A DNA stretch of 64,000 nt, taken from the NCBI GenBank assembly GCA_965649295.1, contig CBFGKH010000008.1:77000-140999 (forward strand), read 5' to 3'. Below are positions 47,012 to 57,674 of the stretch, piece after piece. The notes under the pieces are model-generated. The model was given only the letters and a program-made list of their open reading frames with translations. It did no database searches and was not told the DNA's origin. A program made the position numbers and the translations under genes. Origin of the DNA: a candidate division WOR-3 bacterium. Its GTDB lineage: Bacteria > Hydrothermota > Tepidihabitantia > Tepidihabitantales > Tepidihabitantaceae. Each line of letters begins with the position of its first letter. Positions within the stretch are counted from its first letter, which is position 1.

Positions 47012-49195
47012 CTAGTGTGACTTGACCAGTTTGTAGCTGTGCTGCTCGGTGCCGTAGCTAACTCTTGCTAGGTAGATGCCCGCTGGCAGCAGTCGGCCAG
47101 CGTCATCCCGCCCGTCCCAGATGGTGTTTTGAGCGGTGGCCGAGACCGTTAGTCGCCGCACTAGTCGGCCGCCGGCGTCAACAATCCGAACGACGCTGGT
47201 GCCGGTCTGGTTCGGGGCGAGGCAGATGGTTGTCCAGCCGCGGAACGGATTGGGAGAAGCGGTGATGGCATTGCCTGCGGCGACCGGCACACCCGGCTGG
47301 CTAGCGCCGGTCAAGTGCCAGCGAATCTCGGCGATTCCCTCGCTTGCGCAACTCACCCACGGGTTGTTGTCCCAGTCAATGGCGATGTCGTATATCTGCT
47401 CGTGCGGCAGGGGTGAGTTCTCGCGGTCAAAACGTAGCCAGCTCGGCCCGTCGAACCGCAGCAGCGCTCCTCGGTACGGGTAGATGTCACCGCGGAAGAA
47501 TGCGTGCCAGAGCACGCCGTTTTGGTCAACTGCCGAGATACCGCCGGCTTTGACCGGTGAGTTGGTCGAGTCGTATAGGGTCCAGGTTGTGTCGCGGCGG
47601 TCGAATCGGGCCAAGCCGCTGCGCGGGTCCGGGTCGGTCAGGTCAACCGATAGCCAGAGAGTGCCGTCGGGCGAGCGCGCCGGCGCCCAGCAGCGACCGG
47701 TGCCGGGCATCCCGGCTGTCAGGGTGTCGTAGATTTCCCAGCGCGTGCCGTCGGTGCGGATGAGCCCAGCTAGCGTTGCCACCCAGACATAGCCGCCTTC
47801 ATCGGCGCAGATGCCCTGCACATAACTGGTGATGGGCGAGTTGGTATAGTCGAACTTTCTCACGACGCCGTTGGCAATGCGGTAGAGCCCGCGGGTACTG
47901 AAGTCCTCATATGCCCAGATGACGCCGGTGCTGTCACGGATTACATCCTTGATAACTTCACCGTCAATGTACTGCTCAACCCAGTTTGTGCCATCCCAGA
48001 CCACTACGCCCGCAGCATAGGTTGCAACCCACATTTTGCCATCCGGACCCTCGACCGCAGCGTTCACGATGTCAGTGGGGTATGGCCACGGTTGGGTGCC
48101 GCCATAGCGGTTGAAGTTGCGCCAGACCTGGCCGTCAAACGTGCAGATGCCGTAGCCGGTGCCCATCCAGACGCGGCGATGGCTGTCAAAGGCGATGCCG
48201 TTGACCCAGTAGTCGTTCAGGCCGGTGCGGGAGATGTTATAGCCATCCCAGTTGCTGCCGACCTTGTGCGCCACTCCGCCGATGCCGCACGCCCACAAGC
48301 TGCCGTCCGGTGCCTCAGCCGCCAGGTAGCAGAAGCCGCCCGGCCAGCCCTGTTCGGTCCAGAAATTGTTCTCGACCGCGAATAGGCCGTTTGGGCACCC
48401 GGCCCAGAGCCCACCTGCGCGGCGCAGGGCCAGCCCGAGCACCGGCAGGGCCCCAGACGAGCCGTGGTTGCGCCACGTGCCGTTGTCGTAGCTGATGAGA
48501 TAGGTCTGGGCAATCCAGACCACACCGTTTGAGTCGATGACAATATCGTCAACCCCATATTGGAGGGTATCGAAGTACAGCCAGCTTCCACCGCGGAATC
48601 GGGCCAGTCCGACTGAGGTAGCCCCGGCCCAGACATCGCCGTTCGGAGCGCAAGCAATGGCCCGTACTGGGTTCCACGGGGCGGGAAACGGGTGTCCTTG
48701 GCCGCGTCGCCAGAAAGTCCAACTGGTGCCGTCGAAGCGGCCAACCCCGCCGTTATTGCCGTTGAAGTTCTCCATTGCAAACCAAATGTTGCCGGTCGCA
48801 TCAATGTCCACGTCGCTGACGGTGTCACAGGGAAAACCGGGTACCGTGTTCGAGTTGTAGGCGATGAAGTTGGTGCCGTCGAACTTCAGCAGGCCGGCGA
48901 TTGAGCCGCACCAGATGTTGCCAGCACGGTCCATTTTGAATGACCCGATGTCATAGGTCGGACAGCGGCCGTCCACGTTTGACCAGTTGTGCCAGCGGTT
49001 ACCGTCGAACATCGCCAGTCCCCCCTGTCGCCAGCTCGGCTGGTAGCCGTGGGTCCACACTCGGCCGGTTGAGTCAACGAGGAGCGCAAACGAGTAATCG
49101 CCCATCGTGCCAGTGTTGCCTGGTGTCCAGAGCTTCCATTCGGGGTTCTGGGCCGCTGCCACGGCAGCGACAAATAGCAGGGTCATTGATTTCAT
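47012..49195 (-). CDS. Secreted Reg_prop beta-propeller repeat protein with FlgD-Ig/T9SS-like C-terminal domain
   Basis: Repeated D..G.IW...GL..FDG..W..Y...NS units; C-terminal PNPF...WDGRDDAGRLLPAGIY. Confidence 0.82.
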   Translation of the reverse strand: MKSMTLLFVAAVAAAQNPEWKLWTPGNTGTMGDYSFALLVDSTGRVWTHGYQPSWRQGGLAMFDGNRWHNWSNVDGRCPTYDIGSFKMDRAGNIWCGSIAGLLKFDGTNFIAYNSNTVPGFPCDTVSDVDIDATGNIWFAMENFNGNNGGVGRFDGTSWTFWRRGQGHPFPAPWNPVRAIACAPNGDVWAGATSVGLARFRGGSWLYFDTLQYGVDDIVIDSNGVVWIAQTYLISYDNGTWRNHGSSGALPVLGLALRRAGGLWAGCPNGLFAVENNFWTEQGWPGGFCYLAAEAPDGSLWACGIGGVAHKVGSNWDGYNISRTGLNDYWVNGIAFDSHRRVWMGTGYGICTFDGQVWRNFNRYGGTQPWPYPTDIVNAAVEGPDGKMWVATYAAGVVVWDGTNWVEQYIDGEVIKDVIRDSTGVIWAYEDFSTRGLYRIANGVVRKFDYTNSPITSYVQGICADEGGYVWVATLAGLIRTDGTRWEIYDTLTAGMPGTGRCWAPARSPDGTLWLSVDLTDPDPRSGLARFDRRDTTWTLYDSTNSPVKAGGISAVDQNGVLWHAFFRGDIYPYRGALLRFDGPSWLRFDRENSPLPHEQIYDIAIDWDNNPWVSCASEGIAEIRWHLTGASQPGVPVAAGNAITASPNPFRGWTTICLAPNQTGTSVVRIVDAGGRLVRRLTVSATAQNTIWDGRDDAGRLLPAGIYLARVSYGTEQHSYKLVKSH

Positions 49196-49279
49196 GCCTG
49201 TCTCCGTTCGGGCTAGCAACGTTTTGCCCGCTAGATTATATGATAATCGCTATAATCCTGTCAACTGCGTCTGCCTGGG

Positions 49280-50674
49280 CTAGATGCGCAGCATCAGCTT
49301 GGCGGTGGTGAAGAAGATGAGTAGGCCGGTGATGTCAACAATTGTGGTCAGGGCCGGACTGGCGACGACGGCCGGGTCAATGCGCAGGCGGGCCGAAACC
49401 AAGGGCAGCAGGGCGCCGATGAGGGTGGAGGTGATAACCTGCAGCCCCAGGGCGCAGGCAATGGTAAATCCAAGCCAGAGCGGGGTGACGCCCGGCGGCA
49501 AGCCGCGACCGGCCTGGAAGAGCATTACCCGCAGGAAGGCGAAGAGGCCGAGGACTGTGGCCAGGAGCAAGGCGGTCAGTAGCTCGCGGCCAAGGACGCG
49601 CAGCGAGTCGCGGGGCGCAATCTCACCCAAGGCCAGGGCCCGGATGACGAGCGTGGCTGACTGGCTGCCGGTGTTGCCGCCGGTGTCGGCCAGCATCGGC
49701 ATGAACGTCGCCAGCAGGGCAACCTGGGCGAGCAGGGCTTCGAAGCGCTGGACGATGAAGCCAGAAATGAGCCCGAGCGCGGCGAGGACAACAATCCAGC
49801 CGACGCGGTTGCGGAAGTGCTGAACCGGCGAGGTGCGCATGTAGGCGTAGGACTCGTGCTCACCACTGATACCCATCAGCTTCTCGACGTCCTCGGTCTG
49901 CTCCTGAGTGATGACGTCAGCGGCGTCGTCGTGGGTGATGATGCCGACGAGAGCGCCATTCTCGTCCAGCACCGGCAGGGCAATGAGGTCGTATTTGAGA
50001 ATCGTCCGCGCGGCGGCTTCCTGGTCGTCGGTGACGCGGGCCGAGATGGTGTCGGTGCGCATAATCTCGCTGACCTTTGCCTCGGGCCGAGCGAGAATCA
50101 GTGACTTCAGGGAGACGTCGCCAAGCAACTGCCGATTGCTGTCAACGACATAGGAGTAGTAGATCGTCTCCTTGTCCGGGGCTTCGCGGCGCAGCCGCGC
50201 GAGCGCGTCAGCCACGGTCTCGTCCGGCGAGAGGGTGGCGTAATCTGAGGTCATGATTGCGCCGGCCGTGCCTTCGGGATAGGACATCAGCCGCCGCACA
50301 TCCTCCCGTTCGGCCTGGGCCATTGCCGGCAGGATCGCCTCGCGCCGGTCCTCGGGTATCTCGCGCAGAAGGTCAACGCGGTCGTCCGGCGCCATGTCGG
50401 AGAGCAGCCGGCCGAGCTCGTCGCGCGGCAGAATCTCAATCAGAGCGAGCTGTTCATCAATGTCAAGGTGGCTGAAGATTTCGGCGCGGGTCTGGGGCGG
50501 AGCGAGGCGCAGGGCGGCAACGATTTCGACCGGTTCGAGTGCCGAGAGAAAGTCGGCAATGGTCTGCGGGTGCATGTTGGTGAGAAATTCGCGCAGCTCG
50601 GCCGGGTCCTGGCTGGCGATTGCCTCGCGCAGCTCAGGAACGAGCAATGGGTTGCGCTGCGTGTGTCGCTGCAT
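49280..50674 (-). CDS. mgtE: Magnesium transporter MgtE
   Basis: N domain, CBS pair (YPEGTAGAIMT), PMLADTGGNTGSQS, DPAVVASPALTTIVD. Confidence 0.95.
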   Translation of the reverse strand: MQRHTQRNPLLVPELREAIASQDPAELREFLTNMHPQTIADFLSALEPVEIVAALRLAPPQTRAEIFSHLDIDEQLALIEILPRDELGRLLSDMAPDDRVDLLREIPEDRREAILPAMAQAEREDVRRLMSYPEGTAGAIMTSDYATLSPDETVADALARLRREAPDKETIYYSYVVDSNRQLLGDVSLKSLILARPEAKVSEIMRTDTISARVTDDQEAAARTILKYDLIALPVLDENGALVGIITHDDAADVITQEQTEDVEKLMGISGEHESYAYMRTSPVQHFRNRVGWIVVLAALGLISGFIVQRFEALLAQVALLATFMPMLADTGGNTGSQSATLVIRALALGEIAPRDSLRVLGRELLTALLLATVLGLFAFLRVMLFQAGRGLPPGVTPLWLGFTIACALGLQVITSTLIGALLPLVSARLRIDPAVVASPALTTIVDITGLLIFFTTAKLMLRI

Positions 50675-50756
50675 CGTCGTTTACCTTGGTGCGGGACAAC
50701 GATAGCACGAGCAGTCGGTGAGTGCAACTCTGACTAGGCTTGCCAGTGCGAATAGC

Positions 50757-50784
50757 AAGTGGGGCGGCCAAAGCCGCCCCACTT
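50757..50784. terminator. Hairpin terminator after peroxiredoxin
   Basis: AAGTGGGGCGGC-CAAA-GCCGCCCCACTT, 12-bp stem. Confidence 0.7.
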
Positions 50785-50803
50785 CTCCTAGGATTCTTGG
50801 CGG

Positions 50804-51448
50804 TTAGCCGAGCTTTTTATGGCAGAACCACCAGTCGTAGCACTCGAACTGCTTGGGTCGCTCAGCCGCGGTCTTCTCGTCCCGGGCCGGCGGGATGATA
50901 ACGTGGTCGCCGACGAGTTCGTTATGCGGCCAGTTTGCCGGCATCGCCACCTTGTTCGCATCAGATACGTGCAACGCTTTGACCATCCGCAGCAGTTCGT
51001 CCATGTTTCGGCCCAGCTCCTGCGGATAGTAAAGAATCGTGCGGATAATGCCGGCCGGGTCAACGAGGAAGACAGCGCGAACCGTGCTCGTTCCCTTGCC
51101 AGGATGGATCAGACCAAGACGGGTTGCAACCTTGCCGACGTCGTCGGCGATGATGGGGAACTTGATTTCGACGCCCAGCTTCTCTTTGATCCACTGGGTC
51201 CACTTGATGTGCGAGAAGACCTGGTCAATGCTCAGGCCGATGAGTTCGCAACCGAGTTTCTGGAACTCGTCCCAACGTTTCTGAAATGCGACAAACTCAG
51301 TGGTGCAGACCGGCGTGAAGTCGGCCGGATGACTGAAGAGGAGAAACCACTTGCCCTTGTAGTCGCCGGGCAGGTTCTTCGGGCCGTGGGTGGTGTGCAC
51401 CTCGACATCGGGGAATCGGTCACCAATCAACGGCATTCTTTCTTCCAT
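50804..51448 (-). CDS. Peroxiredoxin (Prx6 type)
   Basis: [27 protein letters not shown]-terminal CYDWWFC. Confidence 0.93.
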   Translation of the reverse strand: MEERMPLIGDRFPDVEVHTTHGPKNLPGDYKGKWFLLFSHPADFTPVCTTEFVAFQKRWDEFQKLGCELIGLSIDQVFSHIKWTQWIKEKLGVEIKFPIIADDVGKVATRLGLIHPGKGTSTVRAVFLVDPAGIIRTILYYPQELGRNMDELLRMVKALHVSDANKVAMPANWPHNELVGDHVIIPPARDEKTAAERPKQFECYDWWFCHKKLG

Positions 51449-51555
51449 CGTGTAGCTCCTTTCGTTTGTGTCCGCAGCCTCGCAGTTGAGCAGCATCAGG
51501 CGGTAACTGCAATCCCGAATTGGGCAGCGGCGCTCGGTTGGTTAGTTCGGTAGGC

Positions 51556-52485
51556 CTAGTCTGGTTCATAGCCAGGATTGATGATTAGCGAATCAAGGTC
51601 GCGGACAGTGGCGTAGGGCACATAGCCCCGACTTCTTGCCTTAGTATAGAAGTCGGCGATGTGTGCGGGCTGCCGTACATAGTCAATTACCAGTACGAGC
51701 TTGCCGGCCCGCCGAAAAACATCGAGGTCAGCGAGCGCGGCCGCGGTTTCGTCGGGCGGTTGGCGGTCGTCGTCGTTATACCAGACATCCTCGCGGCCGA
51801 TGCCGGTGACGATACTGACGTAGTCAGGATGGCTGGCCAGTGCCTCGGCGTTCTGGGGAAAGATGCCAAACCCAGCCATACCCGGCCCGCTCCGGCTGCG
51901 GGCGGCAATCGCTTTTACAAACTGAACCATCTCCGCTTCGGCGGTCGGCCGGTTCAGTCCGCTTTCGCCGCCCGGGCCCCAGTACTCATAGGCATCAACG
52001 ATGTCAAGATAGACGCCGTCGAACCCGGCAGCAGTAATCTTGTCCAGGTAGCTAAAGACGAGCGCCTGCCAAGCCGGGTCCCAGTAGTGGACGCTGTAGT
52101 TACCAGGCCAGTCTGGATTCGACTGGCCAAGCCATTCGGGAGCCCCGGGATCAGGTTCGCCGTCGTGGTCAGCATCCCACTCCTCCTGCCAATACCAGCG
52201 GTAGTCTTCGGCCTCGCCGACGCTCAGGTAGGCCAGGACCAGTTTCGGTCCACCCGGACCATTCTTCAGCGCCGCAACCTGCGCGGGTGTGAGCCGCTGC
52301 TCCTCGCTGCCGTCGAGCGAGTAGTCAACGATGCAGAGGTCGAAACGGCTGGCAGCCATGGCCGTGATGTCAAGGTTCTGAAGTTGACAGGCGAAGTCGT
52401 TCACGTCCTGCCAGCTAATCGTATTCGGTTCAGTGCGGCAGGAGAGGAGCAGGGCGGCGAAGAGCAGTCCACCTAGCAGTCGCAT
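51556..52485 (-). CDS. GH114 / MJ1477-TM1410-like glycoside hydrolase lipoprotein
   Basis: LLLSC lipobox; AYLSVGEAEDYRWYW, GFDGVYLDIVDAY. Confidence 0.85.
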   Translation of the reverse strand: MRLLGGLLFAALLLSCRTEPNTISWQDVNDFACQLQNLDITAMAASRFDLCIVDYSLDGSEEQRLTPAQVAALKNGPGGPKLVLAYLSVGEAEDYRWYWQEEWDADHDGEPDPGAPEWLGQSNPDWPGNYSVHYWDPAWQALVFSYLDKITAAGFDGVYLDIVDAYEYWGPGGESGLNRPTAEAEMVQFVKAIAARSRSGPGMAGFGIFPQNAEALASHPDYVSIVTGIGREDVWYNDDDRQPPDETAAALADLDVFRRAGKLVLVIDYVRQPAHIADFYTKARSRGYVPYATVRDLDSLIINPGYEPD

Positions 52486-52488
52486 CAG

Positions 52489-53403
52489 TCAGTCCTCCTT
52501 TGGGGTTGGTTTATTAGGGCGGCCGACGGCAAGGACCAGCAGGTTCAGAACAACCAGCACGATGAAGCCAGCGAGGCCAGAGACGCCGACTAATAGGTCG
52601 CTGCCGCCGGTGGTCATAATCAGGGCAAGGCCACGAAAGGCGTTGAATGAGCCGTGGAAGATGGCGGCCCCGATAACAGAACCGGTCCTGAGCCGGATGT
52701 AGCTAAACAGCGGTGAGAGCAGAATGCACCAGGCAGTCATCATGCCAACGCCGGCAATTGGGTTAGAGCGGTAGTTCAGCCCCTGTAGCACCAACGGTAG
52801 GTGCCAGATGCCCCAGATGAGCCCGGTGAACATGGATGCCCTCCAGAACCCGAATCCCCGCAGTTCGCGCCAGAGAAGCCCCCGCCAGCCGAGTTCCTCG
52901 CCGAATCCGGCCACAGCATTGACAGTGATGCTGGCGAAGAGGCCTTGGGCTACAAGCAGCCAGAACGGGTGCACCGGCAGGCGCGAAACCGCGGCCCGCA
53001 TCTCCTCGGCCCGGGCTGCAGGCATCAGGCCTTCGAAGCGCTCGAACAACCCGGCCATCTCGGTCGAGAACCGGATGCCCGGCAGAAGCAGACTGACTCC
53101 GAGGGCAGCAAGGGTGATGCCGAGCGGCCCGAGCCAGGCAGCCAGCCACCACCAGTTAAGCTTGAAGCTGATGCCCAGTGGCCCGGCAACTGGCTCGCGC
53201 TTAGTGCGTTTCTGAACGACGTAGGCCGCGGCCATTGGCACGAGCATGTAGGGCACGCCGACCGCAGCCGACAGCACATCGCCGGTCAGCTTGCCGCCAA
53301 GTAGTCGGAAAAGACCGGCAATTAGCCAGCTTCCGCCGAAAGCAATCAGCAGAAAGAGTCTCACTGCTCGCCAGTCGGTCGCCTGCGCCGCCGCGGCTTT
53401 CAT
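52489..53403 (-). CDS. CPBP (CAAX/Abi) intramembrane metalloprotease
   Basis: GEELGWRG, WGIWH, AIFHGSFN. Confidence 0.9.
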   Translation of the reverse strand: MKAAAAQATDWRAVRLFLLIAFGGSWLIAGLFRLLGGKLTGDVLSAAVGVPYMLVPMAAAYVVQKRTKREPVAGPLGISFKLNWWWLAAWLGPLGITLAALGVSLLLPGIRFSTEMAGLFERFEGLMPAARAEEMRAAVSRLPVHPFWLLVAQGLFASITVNAVAGFGEELGWRGLLWRELRGFGFWRASMFTGLIWGIWHLPLVLQGLNYRSNPIAGVGMMTAWCILLSPLFSYIRLRTGSVIGAAIFHGSFNAFRGLALIMTTGGSDLLVGVSGLAGFIVLVVLNLLVLAVGRPNKPTPKED

Positions 53404-55061
53404 GTCTTCGGCGGCCGTGGTTGTGAACCCTTACCGGTGGCTGGCAAAGGGCGTTCAATACCGCGCAGTGGAGTTTTCCCTAGTGCGCTCGATTCGGCGG
53501 CGGTCATCGGTTCCAGCGAGCCGACGCGCCAACCAGTGTGTTTGATGCAGCCGTCGGCGATCGTCAGGGTCGCGGTCGGCTGGTCCCTGGTCGGTATCAA
53601 GCCGGGTGCCCAGTAGCCGAGCGTTCCGGAGTACCGGCCCGATATCAGCTCGGCGTTATACCGGCCGATGTCAATGGTACCGCTTGTGCCCACATAGCCC
53701 CGGACGGCGTAGTAGGCCCGCGACTCACGGTTGTCAACGAGGCAGAGGAAAGCATCATCGCAGGTCTCGATGTTGTAACTGCCGGTATTGCCCGGGCAGG
53801 CGACCGTCACCTGCCAACTGGGCTCGGAGTCGCCCTCAGCCACCATCGCTCCCTGCAGGTTCACCTGACCACCAGCAGTGGCAATCACTGCGCCGGCGCG
53901 AAACGGTCTGCCGTCGCGTCTGCCGTCGAGCACGTGGCGTAGCATCACCAGTGTGTCGCCGCTCATTCGAAAGGAGGCGTTGCGACCATACACGGGGTCC
54001 GGGTCAGTGACACTGCCCAACTGCGCCAGCGCCTCGATTGGCAGGCAGGTATCGGTCATCGCCCGGATGAAAGTGGTGTCGAGGTTATAGGCGAACATAT
54101 CGTTCACTGCCCAGTCATAGCCGCAGAATAGGTCGGCACCGGCATCGTGAAAGGCCTGCTCCAGCTCGGGGTTGGTCTGATAGGCACTGAAACAGGCGGT
54201 GATGTATGCCATCGTCTTCCAGTAAGGCTCGGAGTTGTCGAACCGGCCGTAGGCACGCACGAACTCCGGCAGAATCACCGGATAGAACCGACGGCCGTGG
54301 GCAGCAAACGCCAGACGCGGGCCACTAGGCCCTGGTTTGGTATCGTCGCGGAACTCGGTGGCGATGGCTGCTGCCATTTCACCTTGCGAGTAGCTCTTAC
54401 CGGTCAGCAGCGCAGCGCAAGGCGGCGCGCCAGGAAAAGGCGAAACCAGGCAGCCGTGTCCGGTCCAGAAGAAGAGCGAGCGGGCATCCTGCAATTGGGC
54501 CCGGACGCACTGAACCGTTACCGCGCTGTTGACCCAGAACTCGGCGCGGCGCAGACCGTAGCAACCTCGACACATCTCCCAGACATCATAGGTTTCAAGC
54601 GCGGTTCCCAATAGCTCCTCGGCAAATGGGGCGAAGATGCGCGGGCTGGGCGCGACTACACCGCCACTGCTAACGACCGGTTGCTGTTCCAGGTCTGGCC
54701 AGTTTCGGGCTGGGACGGGACGGCGTTGGGCAGTGGTGTCGAAAGTCTGTTCGCAGATGCCGGCCACAAGCCCATTATCGAAGATGACCCAGACCGTGCT
54801 GTCGGGCGAGATTGTTGCGGTGTCAACTCCGGGTTGGCCGAGCAGGTTGGCCAGTGCCTCCTGGGCCGCGGCCGAGATGTTGCCACTGGCCAATTGGCTC
54901 AGATAGGCATCTTCAGCGGTTCGGAGTGAGCCGAGGTTCCGTTCCACGGTCTGCTCGTTTAGTGCGGACCAGTCAATCTGCTTGTGACAAGATAGCAGCA
55001 GCCCGAGCAGGCCGACTAAGACCGCTGTTCTGTTGGCCGGACGTTGCATCGGCTGATGCAT
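53400..55061 (-). CDS. Hypothetical lipoprotein
   Basis: AGGAGG RBS; LLLSC lipobox; family not recognised. Confidence 0.7.
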   Translation of the reverse strand: MHQPMQRPANRTAVLVGLLGLLLSCHKQIDWSALNEQTVERNLGSLRTAEDAYLSQLASGNISAAAQEALANLLGQPGVDTATISPDSTVWVIFDNGLVAGICEQTFDTTAQRRPVPARNWPDLEQQPVVSSGGVVAPSPRIFAPFAEELLGTALETYDVWEMCRGCYGLRRAEFWVNSAVTVQCVRAQLQDARSLFFWTGHGCLVSPFPGAPPCAALLTGKSYSQGEMAAAIATEFRDDTKPGPSGPRLAFAAHGRRFYPVILPEFVRAYGRFDNSEPYWKTMAYITACFSAYQTNPELEQAFHDAGADLFCGYDWAVNDMFAYNLDTTFIRAMTDTCLPIEALAQLGSVTDPDPVYGRNASFRMSGDTLVMLRHVLDGRRDGRPFRAGAVIATAGGQVNLQGAMVAEGDSEPSWQVTVACPGNTGSYNIETCDDAFLCLVDNRESRAYYAVRGYVGTSGTIDIGRYNAELISGRYSGTLGYWAPGLIPTRDQPTATLTIADGCIKHTGWRVGSLEPMTAAESSALGKTPLRGIERPLPATGKGSQPRPPKT

Positions 55062-55205
55062 GGATACACCTCCTGGCAACTGAGCTGACTACCGGTCGGC
55101 AGCGCTGCGCGCGCAGATTCCATCGCCCCAGTATAGGGCGGTCCTTATTACAGTTCCAGTGTCAGCTGCTTGACTGGTGAGGGGGCGATGCCTACTATCG
55201 GGCCG

Positions 55206-56468
55206 ATGTTGCAACTGCGACTACGGCTGGTGCTGTTACTGGGCCTACTTGGTCTTGCCTGTCTGCCCGCACGGGTTAGGGTCGCACCTGGGGAAGATGT
55301 GGTGCGGGGTTATGTCGCTCCGGGGTTCGAGGAAGTGGCCCAGGTCTTTCGCGAGAACTTTGAGCGCTATGGTGAATACGGCGCTGCCTGCTGTGCCTAT
55401 TGGCGCGGGGAGAAAGTGGTTGATATCTGGGGCGGCTACCGTGATATCAGAACCCGCGCGCCTTGGGATGAGCATACCTTGGTGCCGGTCTATTCTACCA
55501 CCAAGGGACTGGCGGCCATGTGCCTAGCCCTGCTCCATTCGCGGGGCCTGCTCGACTATGATAGGCCGGTTGCCTACTACTGGCCGGAGTTCGCGGTTGG
55601 CGGCAAAGAGAGCATTACTGTCCGTCAGCTCCTTGACCATGAAGCTGGTCTTTGTTGTCTTGATCAGCCGCTTCGGGTGCGGGACATTGCCGACCTTGAC
55701 AAACTTGCTGTGATTCTTGCCCGGCAGCGTCCGGCCTGGCCACCAGGCGAACGGCGGGGCTACCACACAACCACGCTCGGCCTGTATATGAATGAACTAG
55801 TGCGCCGGGTTGACCCCAAGCATCGCAGCCTGGGCCGGTTCCTCTGCGATGAGATTGCCGAGCCGCTGGGTGGTGAGTTCTATATCGGGCTACCTGATTC
55901 GATTCCCGATTCGCGGATTGCCCGAGTTGTGCTGTACAACCCGCCGCTGGTGAGCGTTCCGCGACGGATGCTGGCCGGGATTTTGAACCCGCGCTCGCTG
56001 TTTGCGCGTTCGCTGCCGTATCCGCGCGACGGCAACATCAACGCCCGTGAGTATCAGCGTGTCGAGCAACCGTCGGTCAACGGTATCGGCGAAGTCCGGC
56101 TCGTTGCCCGCGCCTATGCCGAGTTCGCGACCGGCGGCAAGACGCTCGGTCTTGCGCGTCGCACCCTTGACGAACTTGAGGCGGCGCCGGTTGACCCGCC
56201 AGCCGGGCCGATTGATGCCGTGCTCCGCGAGAGCAGCTACTTTCGGCTGGGATTCGCTAAGCCCGGGCCGCGCGGCGGGTTTGGTTCGAGCGCGAGGGCC
56301 TACGGAATGCCCGGGCTTGGTGGTTCGGTTGGATTCGCTGACCCAGACAAGGAACTCGGGTTCGCCTACGCGCCCAATCGGCTTGGTTACAACTTGGGTG
56401 GCGACAATCGGCGTCGCAACCTGGCCGCAGCGGTCTATCGCTGCATCGCTCGGCGCGAGCAGCAGTGA
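55206..56468 (+). CDS. Serine hydrolase, beta-lactamase/esterase family lipoprotein
   Basis: STTK (SxxK), LLDHEAGL, RRGYH, GMPGLGGS; LGLAC lipobox. Confidence 0.9.
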   Translation: MLQLRLRLVLLLGLLGLACLPARVRVAPGEDVVRGYVAPGFEEVAQVFRENFERYGEYGAACCAYWRGEKVVDIWGGYRDIRTRAPWDEHTLVPVYSTTKGLAAMCLALLHSRGLLDYDRPVAYYWPEFAVGGKESITVRQLLDHEAGLCCLDQPLRVRDIADLDKLAVILARQRPAWPPGERRGYHTTTLGLYMNELVRRVDPKHRSLGRFLCDEIAEPLGGEFYIGLPDSIPDSRIARVVLYNPPLVSVPRRMLAGILNPRSLFARSLPYPRDGNINAREYQRVEQPSVNGIGEVRLVARAYAEFATGGKTLGLARRTLDELEAAPVDPPAGPIDAVLRESSYFRLGFAKPGPRGGFGSSARAYGMPGLGGSVGFADPDKELGFAYAPNRLGYNLGGDNRRRNLAAAVYRCIARREQQ

Positions 56469-56999
56469 CTAGATTCGGCGGCTGTCGTAGGCCCAGTTGA
56501 GCAGGGCTTGGCGCTGGCGCGGCCGGCAGGTCCAATCACCTTTACGGCAGTGCTTCTGGAGCTGGGCAATGTGGCGGCGCATCGCCCGCCAGCGGCGAAT
56601 CTGGCGCTCGTCGTCAGGATGGCGACGGCCAGAGTAGTAGCGACAGTACCACTGAAACCAGCCGCGCGGGTCATCAGGATGAATCCAGCCTTTTGCCCGC
56701 CAGACCGCAAGCGGTTGGGAAGCGTTGACCCCAAAGAAGTTCTTCTTCGGGTCGTGCCAGCCGGGCGAGAGCTTGGCGCGGCGAAACCAGCTCTTCGGAA
56801 ACTCGTTCTGGCAGTCGGTCAGATAGCAGCCGCCGAAGACGCCTAGTTCGAGCATCTGCTTGGGCGTCAGTTCTGGCTTGAAGTCGGGATGGAAATTGCG
56901 GCCGGCCGGCTCAGTCCGATAGTAAACATAGCCCTGCTGCATCAGGTCGTTGACGACCACCCGCTGTGCCGAGCGCGATTGGGGACGCAAGGTTGCCAC
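56469..56999 (-). CDS. Conserved hypothetical protein (GWFQWYCRY family)
   Basis: LTPKQMLELGVFGG, DPRGWFQWYCRYY, RQRQALLNWAYD. Confidence 0.8.
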   Translation of the reverse strand: MATLRPQSRSAQRVVVNDLMQQGYVYYRTEPAGRNFHPDFKPELTPKQMLELGVFGGCYLTDCQNEFPKSWFRRAKLSPGWHDPKKNFFGVNASQPLAVWRAKGWIHPDDPRGWFQWYCRYYSGRRHPDDERQIRRWRAMRRHIAQLQKHCRKGDWTCRPRQRQALLNWAYDSRRI

Positions 57000-57041
57000 A
57001 AGGCAGGATACCAGCTATGGGGCGGCTGGCAAGCCGCCAAG

Positions 57042-57674
57042 TCAAGCCGGCTCGCGCACCATCCCGACTAGCGTATGGCCGGCAAGGGAGAGAGGAATCT
57101 CCTGGCAGCGGTAGAACCCGAAGTGCTCGTATAACTGGACATTGGTTCCGGTCTCGGTCTCAAGATAGACCGGCCGCTGCTGGGAGTCGGCCTGAGCAAG
57201 TAGTAGTCGCAGCAGTTTGCCAGCTAGTCCCTGGCCCTGGTAGGCAGGAGCGGTGCCGATAACCAGCAGGTAGAGATAGCGGCGGTTGGCCAGTTGTTGC
57301 CGACGGCTGGCAGCCAGTTGATCAAACAGCGGCTGCATACGTTTGGCCGCTGCCATTCCCATTCGCCGCGCTGGCCAGAGCGCGCCACTCAGGAGCATTC
57401 GGCCGACGGTCATGTCGGCAAGCTCACCTGGTACCCAGGCGGCGACCCCGGCCGGCTCGGGCAGCACTGCCCAGAGTTCGCCGTAACGGTGGCAGTAACG
57501 GAGGGGTACTTCAAACGCCGCCTGCCAGACCGCCTCCTTGCTGTCGCCGATAATCCAGTTCCACAACCGGTCAGCGCGGAACGCCGCCGCCAGTGTTGCT
57601 GCCGCAGCCGGGATGTCTTGCTGGGCAGGACGGTATGGCTGACCGCTAGGCGGTTTTTCAGGGCTGCCAGTCAT
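57042..57674 (-). CDS. GNAT family N-acetyltransferase
   Basis: YQGQGLAGKLL acetyl-CoA motif; YLET...NVQLYEHFGF. Confidence 0.88.
   Translation of the reverse strand: MTGSPEKPPSGQPYRPAQQDIPAAAATLAAAFRADRLWNWIIGDSKEAVWQAAFEVPLRYCHRYGELWAVLPEPAGVAAWVPGELADMTVGRMLLSGALWPARRMGMAAAKRMQPLFDQLAASRRQQLANRRYLYLLVIGTAPAYQGQGLAGKLLRLLLAQADSQQRPVYLETETGTNVQLYEHFGFYRCQEIPLSLAGHTLVGMVREPA

Noticed and set aside
50675..50756. M-box riboswitch before mgtE
   Set aside because: Predicted promoter leaves only a short leader and no M-box consensus was seen.
52489..53403. Abi phage-defence gene
   Set aside because: CPBP/CAAX proteases carry the Abi label historically; no defence context here.
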